NCBI GenBank assembly: GCA_044341625.1
Contig: JBIIRI010000001.1
Location: 6,325-70,324, forward strand
DNA from: Roseomonas sp.
GTDB lineage: Bacteria; Pseudomonadota; Alphaproteobacteria; Acetobacterales; Acetobacteraceae
Direction: 5' to 3'
Length of the DNA: 64,000 nucleotides
In this document: positions 1 through 7,791 of the stretch, one piece after another
How the letters are laid out: every line of letters begins with the position of its first letter
Numbering within the stretch: position 1 is the first letter of the stretch
Translations under genes and position numbers: made by a program
Notes under the pieces: generated by a model
Told to the model about the DNA's origin: nothing
Database searches by the model: none
The model's input: the letters and a program-made list of their open reading frames with translations, nothing else

Positions 1-86
1 CGGCTCCGTCCCCGTCATGCACCCCTCCCGCCCATGCCGGCGCAGCCTATCCGGCAGGCGCGGCGGCGCGCCAGCGGGGGGCGGCA

Positions 87-101
87 AATTTGTCCGAACA
101 A
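87..101. promoter_or_regulatory. Putative GntR/FadR-type operator AATTTGTCCGAACAA
   Basis: Near-palindrome TTGTCCGAACAA upstream of dctP; 14/15 identical to the site at 3982-3996. Confidence 0.6.
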
Positions 102-162
102 GTATTGTCGCCCCGCCGGACGCATGATTAGGTTCACGTCAGGGAAACCGGAGGAACGTGCG

Positions 163-1164
163 ATGCAGCGACGTGACATGATCCGCGGTGCGGGCGGACT
201 GGCGATGGCCGGGCTGATCGGCGGGACGGCACAGGCCCAGGCACCTACGCGCTGGGATGTCTCCCTGCCCTGGGGCCCGTCGGAATTCCACACCACCAAC
301 GCGCAGCGCTTCGCGACCGAAGTGCGGAACGCGACCAATGGCGCGGTGCAGATGACCGTCCATCCCGGCGGCTCGCTGGGCGTCCGCGCGAATGAGACGG
401 TGCGATCGGTCGGCGATGGCGTTGTGCCGATGGCCGAATTCGCGGCCTTCCAGAATGTCGGCGACCTACCGCTGCTTGGGATCGAGAGCATTCCCTTCCT
501 GATCGCGAATTACGACGAGCTGGCGATCATGCATTCCATCGTCCGCGCGACGTGGGAGCGGGAGCTGGAGCGGCGCAACCAGACCGTGCTGTATGTCGTG
601 CCCTGGCCGATGCAGTGCTTCTACTTCAAGCGCCCGATCGCCACCGCGGCCGATCTGCGCGGCATCCGCATGCGGACCTATGACCGCGTGACGGCCGACA
701 TGGTGCAGCGCCTGGGCATGGTGCCGCAGCAGCTGACGAACCCGGATATCGTGCCGGCGCTGGCCTCCGGCCGCGTCGATGCGGTGATGACCAGCGGCAC
801 CACGGCGGTCGCGCAGCGCTACTGGGAATTCCTGAAGCACACCTACGTGACCAACCATCTGTGGGCCTCGAACCTGATGGTGGTGAACAATGACGCCTGG
901 CGCCGCCTGCCGGCCGCGACGCGCACGACGATCTCCGACCTCGCCAAGCGGCTGGAGCCCGAGTTCTGGAACGTGTCGAAGGCCGAACACGAAACCCGCA
1001 TGGGCGAGCTGCGCCAGGGCGGGATGACGGTGGAAGACCCAACGCCCGCGCTGATCCAGGCGATGCGCCAGGCCACCGCGACCATGGCGGATGACTTCAT
1101 CCGCACCAACCCGGCCGCCGGGCCGATCATCCAGCAGTTCCGGCAGCGCGTCGGCCGGGCGTGA
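163..1164 (+). CDS. dctP: TRAP transporter substrate-binding protein (DctP family)
   Basis: Tat-like leader (QRRDMI); GGSLG, GIRMR and LASGRVDA motifs; GGAGG RBS before ATG 163. Confidence 0.9.
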   Translation: MQRRDMIRGAGGLAMAGLIGGTAQAQAPTRWDVSLPWGPSEFHTTNAQRFATEVRNATNGAVQMTVHPGGSLGVRANETVRSVGDGVVPMAEFAAFQNVGDLPLLGIESIPFLIANYDELAIMHSIVRATWERELERRNQTVLYVVPWPMQCFYFKRPIATAADLRGIRMRTYDRVTADMVQRLGMVPQQLTNPDIVPALASGRVDAVMTSGTTAVAQRYWEFLKHTYVTNHLWASNLMVVNNDAWRRLPAATRTTISDLAKRLEPEFWNVSKAEHETRMGELRQGGMTVEDPTPALIQAMRQATATMADDFIRTNPAAGPIIQQFRQRVGRA

Positions 1165-1724
1165 TCCCGGCCAATGACCGCCGCGCGCCGCCAGCCCCGC
1201 TGGCGGCGCTGCTGCGATTGATCGACACGCTCTGCGCCATCGGCGCCGGCGTCGCCGCGCTGTCGGCGGCGGCGCTGGCGCTGATCCTGATCGGGGAGGT
1301 CGCCGTGACCTCCTTCTTCAACTGGTCGCAGCCCTGGGCGATCGAATACGCGATCTACCTGCAATGCTTCGTCCTGTTCTGCGGCGCGGGCTGGACCCTG
1401 CGCCAGGGCGGGCATATTCGCGTGGCGGTCCTGATGCAGGCGCTGCCGGCTTCCGCCGCCCGGCTGCTCGACATGGTGGGCACGGTCTTCGCCATCGGCA
1501 TGATCGGCTTCGCGAGCTGGGCGCTGTGGCAGCAGCTGATCCGCACCTATGGTTTCGGCTCGACCTCCTTCTACCCGATGGGCACGCCCATCTGGATCCC
1601 GCAGGGGATGCTGACGCTCGGCGTCACGTTGCTGCTGTTGGCCTTCATCGCGCGCCTGCTGCGGCTCGCGCTCGGCCAGCCGGCCGATGTGACAACCGGC
1701 GTGACGGGCGGTGGCGTGGAATGA
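1161..1724 (+). CDS. dctQ: TRAP transporter small permease (DctQ)
   Basis: Four TM segments, GGHIRV motif, GTGA overlap with dctP. Confidence 0.9.
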   Translation: MIPANDRRAPPAPLAALLRLIDTLCAIGAGVAALSAAALALILIGEVAVTSFFNWSQPWAIEYAIYLQCFVLFCGAGWTLRQGGHIRVAVLMQALPASAARLLDMVGTVFAIGMIGFASWALWQQLIRTYGFGSTSFYPMGTPIWIPQGMLTLGVTLLLLAFIARLLRLALGQPADVTTGVTGGGVE

Positions 1725-3016
1725 GCGGGCCCCTTCTCCTCGTCCTCGGGATGCTGGTCGTCACGCTGGCGGGCGGCATCTGGGTTGGCGTCGCGCTGAT
1801 GTCGATCGGCGTCGTAGCGCTCGAGGTGTTCCGCGACATGCGCGTGGACCGCTTCTTGGCGAGCGACATCTGGTCGTCCTCCACCGCGGTGGAGCTGATC
1901 ACGCTGCCGCTGTTCATCCTGATGGGCGAATTGCTGTTCCACACCCGCCTGTCGGAGAACCTGTTCCGCGGCCTGTCGCCCTGGACACGGCGGCTACCGG
2001 GGCGGCTGGTGCATGTGAATGTCATGGGCTGCACGCTGTTCGCCGCCGTGTCCGGCAGCAGCGCCGCCACCACGGCAACCGTCGGGCGCATCACGCTGCA
2101 GGAATTGCTGGCGCGCGGCTATGACAAGCGCCTCGCGGTGGGGTCTCTCGCCGGGGCGGGCACGCTCGGCTTCCTGATCCCGCCCTCCATCCCGATGATC
2201 GTCTATGGTGTCGTCGCCGATGTCTCCATCCTGGAGCTGTTCATCGCCGGGCTGGTGCCGGGGCTGCTGCTGGCGGCGCTGTTCATGGGCTGGATCGCCT
2301 TCCGCGCCTGGCGCGACCCCACGCTCGTCCCGCCGATGGAACCCGCGATCCCGCGCGCCGAGGCGCTGAAGGCGCTGGGCAACTTGGTGCCGATCGTGTT
2401 CCTGATCACATTCGTGATGGGCAGCCTCTATTTCGGCTTCGCCTCCATCACCGAAGCCGCGGCGATCGGCGTGCTGGGCGCACTGCTTGTCGCGCTGGCG
2501 CAGCGCACGCTGAGCTGGGCGGGACTGTGGCAGGCGCTACTGGGCACGGTCAGGACCTGTTCGATGATCGGGCTGATCCTGGTGGGCGCGCTGTTCCTGT
2601 CGAAGGCGATGGCGCGGCTCGGCCTGCCGGCGGATGTGGCCAACGAGATCGAGGCCTGGGGCCTGCACCCCTACATGCTGATCCTGGTGCTGCTCCTGTT
2701 CTACCTGGCGCTCGGCTGCGTGCTGGATGGGCTTTCGGCCATCGTGATGACGCTGCCCGTCACGCTGCCGCTGGCCGTCGCGGCGGGCTTCGATCCGATC
2801 TGGTACGGCGTGTTCCTAATCATCACCATCGAGATGGCGCAGATCACGCCGCCGGTCGGCTTCAACCTGTTCGTTATCCAAGGTCTAACGAAGGATGGCA
2901 TCTTCCGCATCGCGGCCTGGGCCTGGCCCTTCTGCGTGATCATGATGGTCTTCACCGTCCTGATCACGCTGGTCCCGGAGATCGTGACCTTCCTGCCCCA
3001 CTCCACACGCGGATGA
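1721..3016 (+). CDS. dctM: TRAP transporter large permease (DctM)
   Basis: LPLFILMGE, SGSSAATTA, LIPPSIPMIVY and ITPPVGFNLF motifs; ATGA overlap. Confidence 0.93.
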   Translation: MSGPLLLVLGMLVVTLAGGIWVGVALMSIGVVALEVFRDMRVDRFLASDIWSSSTAVELITLPLFILMGELLFHTRLSENLFRGLSPWTRRLPGRLVHVNVMGCTLFAAVSGSSAATTATVGRITLQELLARGYDKRLAVGSLAGAGTLGFLIPPSIPMIVYGVVADVSILELFIAGLVPGLLLAALFMGWIAFRAWRDPTLVPPMEPAIPRAEALKALGNLVPIVFLITFVMGSLYFGFASITEAAAIGVLGALLVALAQRTLSWAGLWQALLGTVRTCSMIGLILVGALFLSKAMARLGLPADVANEIEAWGLHPYMLILVLLLFYLALGCVLDGLSAIVMTLPVTLPLAVAAGFDPIWYGVFLIITIEMAQITPPVGFNLFVIQGLTKDGIFRIAAWAWPFCVIMMVFTVLITLVPEIVTFLPHSTRG

Positions 3017-3957
3017 GCAGCGCCGCCGGCGCATGGATCAGGCGCCGGGGCATGGCGCTGATCGCCGCCGGCGCCGCGCTCGGCATCGTCGTGCCGGCGC
3101 TGGCGGAAGCGCTGCGGCCGCTGCTGCTGTGGATGTCGCTCGGCACCATGGCGCTCGCGCTGCTGCGGGTGGAACCGGCGGCGCTGGCGGGCGTGCTGCG
3201 CCGGCCGGGGCTGGCGCTGCTGGTGCTGGCCTGGGTCACGCTCGGCGTGCCGGTTCTGGTCTATGCCGCGCTGTCGCCGCTGCTGCCGACGGATAGCCCC
3301 TTCCTGGCCGCGGCGGTGCTGATCGCGGCCACGCCCTCCGTCATGTCGGCGGCGGTCTTCGCGATCCTGCTGGGCGCGGATGCGGCGCTGCTGACGGTGG
3401 TCGCCATCCCCTCCAACGCCCTGGCGCCGGCCTGGCTACCGGCGACGGCCGCCTTCATGGGCGTGACCGCGCAGGTCGATCCCTGGGCGATGGCGCTGCG
3501 CCTGGCCGTGCTGGTCGGTGGCAGCTTCGGGCTCGCGGCGCTGGCGGTCCGTGGGGTCGGCCGCGCCACGCTGCGCGCGCGGGGGGCGGCGATCGACACC
3601 TGGATCGTGCTGCTGGTCACGGCCTCGGCCATTCCCTGCATGGATGGGGTGGGGGCGGCGCTGGCGGCGCGGCCTGGATCCTTCCTGCTGATGCTCGGCT
3701 TCGCGCTCGGCCTGAACCTGGTGCTACAGGCGATCGGGTTCGGGGTCTTCCTCGCGGCGCCGCGCAAGGCCGCGCTGTCGGCCGGCCTTGTCAGCGGCAC
3801 GCGCAATATGGTGCTGCTGCTGGCGGCGCTTGGCGATCCAGGCGAAAGCGATCTCGGCCTGATCGTCGCCGCGGCGCAGCTCAGCCTGTTCGTGATGCCG
3901 GTGATCGTGGCCCCGGCCTATCGCCGGCTCGGCCGGGCGGCGGGACAGGACGCTTGA
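3013..3957 (+). CDS. Membrane transporter, bile acid:sodium symporter/AEC-like
   Basis: About 10 hydrophobic segments, IAATPS and SGTRN motifs; ATGA overlap with dctM. Confidence 0.6.
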   Translation: MSSAAGAWIRRRGMALIAAGAALGIVVPALAEALRPLLLWMSLGTMALALLRVEPAALAGVLRRPGLALLVLAWVTLGVPVLVYAALSPLLPTDSPFLAAAVLIAATPSVMSAAVFAILLGADAALLTVVAIPSNALAPAWLPATAAFMGVTAQVDPWAMALRLAVLVGGSFGLAALAVRGVGRATLRARGAAIDTWIVLLVTASAIPCMDGVGAALAARPGSFLLMLGFALGLNLVLQAIGFGVFLAAPRKAALSAGLVSGTRNMVLLLAALGDPGESDLGLIVAAAQLSLFVMPVIVAPAYRRLGRAAGQDA

Positions 3958-3981
3958 CGGCGTCGGCGCCAGGGGCCACGC

Positions 3982-3996
3982 AATTTGTCCGGACAA
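3982..3996. promoter_or_regulatory. Putative GntR/FadR-type operator AATTTGTCCGGACAA
   Basis: Perfect palindrome TTGTCCGGACAA directly before the AGGAGG RBS of the MaoC gene. Confidence 0.65.
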
Positions 3997-4008
3997 CAGG
4001 AGGCCCGC

Positions 4009-4527
4009 ATGGTCCATAACCACAAGGAAGTGGCGCCGCGCCGCTACCGTGAATCCTTCGGCCGCTACTTCGAGGATTTCACCATCGGCGACATCTACGA
4101 ACACCGCCCGAACCGGACTTTGACCGAAACCGAGAACACCTGGTTCACCTTGCTGACCATGAACCAGCACCCGATGCATTTCGACGTCGAATACGCCAAG
4201 CATTCCGAATTCGGCCGCTGCATCATCGCATCCCCCTTCACCGTGGCGCTGATGGTGGGAATGAGCGTGTCGGACGTATCGCAGAAGGCGATCGCCAATC
4301 TCGGCTGGAAGGAGATCAAGCTGACGCATCCGCTGTTCGCGGGCGACACGCTGTCGGCCGAAAGCGAGGTGCTGGACAAGCGCGAATCGAAGTCGCGGCC
4401 GAATGCGGGCATCGTCAGCGTTCGCACGCGCGGCTTCAACCAGGCTGGCACGCTGGTCTGCGAGTTCGACCGCACGATGCTGATCGCGCGGCGCGGCCAC
4501 GAGATCGAGGCGAAGGCAGGCTACTGA
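4009..4527 (+). CDS. MaoC-family (R)-specific enoyl-CoA hydratase, RipB/itaconyl-CoA hydratase-like
   Basis: GRYFEDF..GDIYEH and NQHPMHFD hot-dog fold motifs; AGGAGG RBS. Confidence 0.85.
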   Translation: MVHNHKEVAPRRYRESFGRYFEDFTIGDIYEHRPNRTLTETENTWFTLLTMNQHPMHFDVEYAKHSEFGRCIIASPFTVALMVGMSVSDVSQKAIANLGWKEIKLTHPLFAGDTLSAESEVLDKRESKSRPNAGIVSVRTRGFNQAGTLVCEFDRTMLIARRGHEIEAKAGY

Positions 4528-4614
4528 CTGCCCGCCTGATTCCGCCATAGCGGACGGTGCAAGTCGGGCGGGAACAGGCCAATATGCCTGCCCGACCGCG
4601 CCGCGCAGGACCCC

Positions 4615-5754
4615 ATGCCGCACGCCACCACCATCCGGTCCGTCCAGCCCCATATCCTGATGGCGGATCTGGCGGAGCCCTTCGCCTATTCGCAGGCCTG
4701 GTATCGCCGGCGCGGGGCCATGCTGGTGGAGGTCACGACCGAGGACGGCATCACCGGCTGGGGCGAAGCCTTCGGCCCGCCGGAACTGACCGCCGCCGTC
4801 GTCGCCTGGCTTACGCCCCTGGTCGTCGGGCAGGACGCGATGGCGCGGGAGGCGATCTGGCAATCGCTCTACAACCGCCTGCGCGACCACGGCCAGCGCG
4901 GCATCGTGGTGGAAGCGATCAGCGCCATCGACATCGCGCTGTGGGACATCGCCGGCCAGGCGCTCGGGCAGCCCGTGCACCGGCTGCTCGGCGGCCCGCT
5001 GCGGATGGAGGTCGAGGCCTATGCCACCGGCTTCTACCGCCGCGAACGGGACGACCACATCGCCTACCTGACCGAGGAAGCCGAACAGCGCCGCGCCGAA
5101 GGCTTCCGGACCCTGAAGCTCAAGACCGGCTGGGGGCTGCGGGAGGATATCGCGCTGACGAAAGCCTTCCGCGCCGCCATCGGTCCCGATTGCGGCCTGT
5201 TGGTGGATTGCAACCACGCCTATGATGCGCCGTCCGCCATCGCCTATGGCCGCGCCTGCGCCGATCTCGACATCGGCTGGTTCGAGGAACCCGTGCCACC
5301 CGAGGACATCGCCGGCTACCTGGAGGTCAAGGCGCGCCAGCCCATCCCCGTCGCAGGCGGGGAGGCGAGCTTCGCGCGCTGGGGCTTCGCGGAGATGATC
5401 GCGCGACGGTCGGTGGACATCCTGCAGCCCGATGTCGCGGCCTGCGGCGGAATTTCGGAACTCAAGAAGATCGCGGACATGGCGAACGCCTTCGGTGTGC
5501 GCGTCAATCCGCATGTCTGGGGCACCGGCGTGACGCTCGCGGCGTCCCTGCACCTGCTTGCCGTGCTGCCTGACAATCCCCCGGGCCTCTTCGCGCGCCC
5601 GCCGCTGCTGGAACTCGACCGTTCGCCGCATCCGGTGCGCGATGCGCTGCTGGTGCAGCCGATCGAGGCGGTGGGGGGCCGCGTGCGCGTGCCCGATGCG
5701 CCCGGCCTCGGCATCACGGTGGATCGCGCCGCGCTCAAGCGGTTCGCGAACTGA
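4615..5754 (+). CDS. Mandelate racemase/muconate lactonizing enzyme family, D-galactarolactone cycloisomerase (Gci)-like
   Basis: GITGWGE, SAIDIALWDI, KLK, VDCNH, WFEEP, GGE and PHVWGTG motifs. Confidence 0.85.
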   Translation: MPHATTIRSVQPHILMADLAEPFAYSQAWYRRRGAMLVEVTTEDGITGWGEAFGPPELTAAVVAWLTPLVVGQDAMAREAIWQSLYNRLRDHGQRGIVVEAISAIDIALWDIAGQALGQPVHRLLGGPLRMEVEAYATGFYRRERDDHIAYLTEEAEQRRAEGFRTLKLKTGWGLREDIALTKAFRAAIGPDCGLLVDCNHAYDAPSAIAYGRACADLDIGWFEEPVPPEDIAGYLEVKARQPIPVAGGEASFARWGFAEMIARRSVDILQPDVAACGGISELKKIADMANAFGVRVNPHVWGTGVTLAASLHLLAVLPDNPPGLFARPPLLELDRSPHPVRDALLVQPIEAVGGRVRVPDAPGLGITVDRAALKRFAN

Positions 5755-6494
5755 TGGCAACGGACAAGCAGCGCGCCGATGTGGCGTTGGTGGAGCGCGG
5801 GCTGGCAGAATCCCGCACCCGTGCGCAGGCGCTGATCCTGGCCGGGCTCGTCTTCAGCGGCGAGCAGCGCGTGGCGAAGGCCGGCGACGTGGTGAAGGCC
5901 GGCCAGCCGCTGGAGCTGCGCGGGCAGGACCACCCCTGGGTCAGCCGCGGCGGCGTGAAGCTCGCGCATGCGCTGGCGCATTTCGGCCTGTCGCCGAAGG
6001 ACCGCGTCTGCCTCGATATCGGCGCCTCCACCGGCGGCTTTTGCGATGTGCTGCTGCATCATGGCGCGGCGAAGGTGTACGCGGTGGATGTCGGGCACGG
6101 GCAGCTGGCCTGGAAGCTGCGCAACGACCCGCGCATCGTCGTGCGGGAACGCGTGAATGCGCGCTACCTGGACGCGACCCAGATCCCCGAACCCGTCGAG
6201 GCTGTCGTCTGCGACGCCAGCTTCATCGGCCTGCGCACCGTCCTGCCCGCCGCGCTGTCGCTCGCCATGCCCGGCGCCTTCGCCGTCGCGCTGATCAAGC
6301 CGCAATTCGAGGTCGGCCCCGCCATCGCCAAGGGCGGCGTGGTGCGGGATGCAGCCGTGCATGGCCGCGTCTGCAACGAGATCCGCGCCTGGTGGTCGGA
6401 GCTGCCGGGCTGGCAGGTCATCGGCGTGGAACCGAGCCCGCTGCTCGGCCCCGAAGGCAACCGCGAATTCCTGATCGCCGCGCGCCGCGTTTGA
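5754..6494 (+). CDS. tlyA: TlyA rRNA 2'-O-methyltransferase/hemolysin
   Basis: S4 domain, VSRGGVKL, LDIGASTGGF, LIKPQFE, GNREFL. Confidence 0.95.
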   Translation: MATDKQRADVALVERGLAESRTRAQALILAGLVFSGEQRVAKAGDVVKAGQPLELRGQDHPWVSRGGVKLAHALAHFGLSPKDRVCLDIGASTGGFCDVLLHHGAAKVYAVDVGHGQLAWKLRNDPRIVVRERVNARYLDATQIPEPVEAVVCDASFIGLRTVLPAALSLAMPGAFAVALIKPQFEVGPAIAKGGVVRDAAVHGRVCNEIRAWWSELPGWQVIGVEPSPLLGPEGNREFLIAARRV

Positions 6495-6503
6495 TCGCGC
6501 CGC

Positions 6504-7715
6504 TCAGGCCGCCACGCGCCGCGGCGGGATGATGAACTGGACGGGCGGAACAGGCCGCGCCTCCAGCCCGCCACGGTCGAGCCAATCGAGGAACCGCCCT
6601 GGCGGCATCGGGCGGCCGAGCCGGAAACCCTGCGCGAAGTCGCAGCCCATTTCTCCGAGGGCGTCCATCGCATCCTCGTCCTCGACGCCTTCGGCGACGG
6701 TCCGCAGGCCCAGCGTGCGCGCCATGCCGATCACCGCCCGCGTGATCACCATCGCCTCCCTGTCCCGCAGCATGGCGGAGACGAAGCTGCGGTCGATCTT
6801 CAACTCGTGGAAGGGCAGCCGGTGCAGCTCGGCAAGCGAGGAACAGCCCGTGCCGAAATCATCCATCGAGAGCGCGAAGCCGTGGCCGCTCAAGCCGGCC
6901 AGGGCGGCGGTGACCGCGGGCGTGTCCGCCATCGCCGCGGTTTCGGTGATCTCGAGCGTCAGCGCGGCAGGCTCGGCGCCGGCCTTCGCCGCCAGCGCGG
7001 CGACGCGATCGGCAAAGCCGGGGGCCGCCAGGCAGCGGGCCGGGATGTTCACGGCCACCGACACCTCGTGCCCCGCAGAATGCCACGCCGCGCAATCCCG
7101 TGCCGCACGTTCGACCATAAGGTCGGTGAGCGGCATGATCGCATCGCCCTTCTCGGCCAAGGGGAGGAAAAAGGCAGGGCCGAGCGTGCCACGCGCCGGA
7201 TGTTCCCAGCGCACCAGCGCCTCCGCCCCGACCGGCTTGCGATCCGCCACGCGAACCTTGGGCTGGTAATAGGGCACAAGCTGGCCCGCTGCGATGGCAT
7301 CGTCCAGATCGACGGCGCGGATCGGCAGCCCGTTCCTGGCGGCGGCCGAGATGACGGCGGAGAGTTCCGCCGGGCCGGCGGGCTTGCGAAGCGGGGCCAG
7401 CATGGTCAGCCCCAGCTTGTCCCCGATCCGCACCGCGCTGCCCAGCAGCCTTTCGTCAAGGCCGCTCGAGACGATGACCGGCGTGGTGCAACGCAGCTGC
7501 GACAGCGCCTCCAGCACCGCGATCCAGCCCGTCTCCTCCAGGACGATGTCGAGCATAATCAGCTCCGGCCGGTCCGCCGCGACGGCGGCGAGGAAGTCGC
7601 CGGGCGCGGCGAAGACTTCCGTGCGGAAGCCGCAGCGTTCGCCGACACGGCAAGCGAGCGACCTGACGGCGGCGTCGTCGTCCAGGACATGCAGCACGGG
7701 CTTCGACGACGACAT
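6504..7715 (-). CDS. Response regulator with EAL c-di-GMP phosphodiesterase domain (RocR-like)
   Basis: REC (LDDD, LDIVL, KP) plus EALVRW, EITE, DDFGTG, KIDRSF, AEGVE, QGF. Confidence 0.9.
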   Translation of the reverse strand: MSSSKPVLHVLDDDAAVRSLACRVGERCGFRTEVFAAPGDFLAAVAADRPELIMLDIVLEETGWIAVLEALSQLRCTTPVIVSSGLDERLLGSAVRIGDKLGLTMLAPLRKPAGPAELSAVISAAARNGLPIRAVDLDDAIAAGQLVPYYQPKVRVADRKPVGAEALVRWEHPARGTLGPAFFLPLAEKGDAIMPLTDLMVERAARDCAAWHSAGHEVSVAVNIPARCLAAPGFADRVAALAAKAGAEPAALTLEITETAAMADTPAVTAALAGLSGHGFALSMDDFGTGCSSLAELHRLPFHELKIDRSFVSAMLRDREAMVITRAVIGMARTLGLRTVAEGVEDEDAMDALGEMGCDFAQGFRLGRPMPPGRFLDWLDRGGLEARPVPPVQFIIPPRRVAA

Positions 7716-7791
7716 GCGGAGGCTCCGGCAGGGTTCTTCTGAAGCCTAGAAAAGCGCCTCCGGGGTTAAAGTTTGCCTTACGTCGGGCGCC

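Noticed and set aside
7755-7782. CtrA box upstream of the REC-EAL gene (GTAA-N8-TTAACC)
   Set aside because: Spacing and the first half-site deviate from TTAA-N7-TTAA; only one good half-site.
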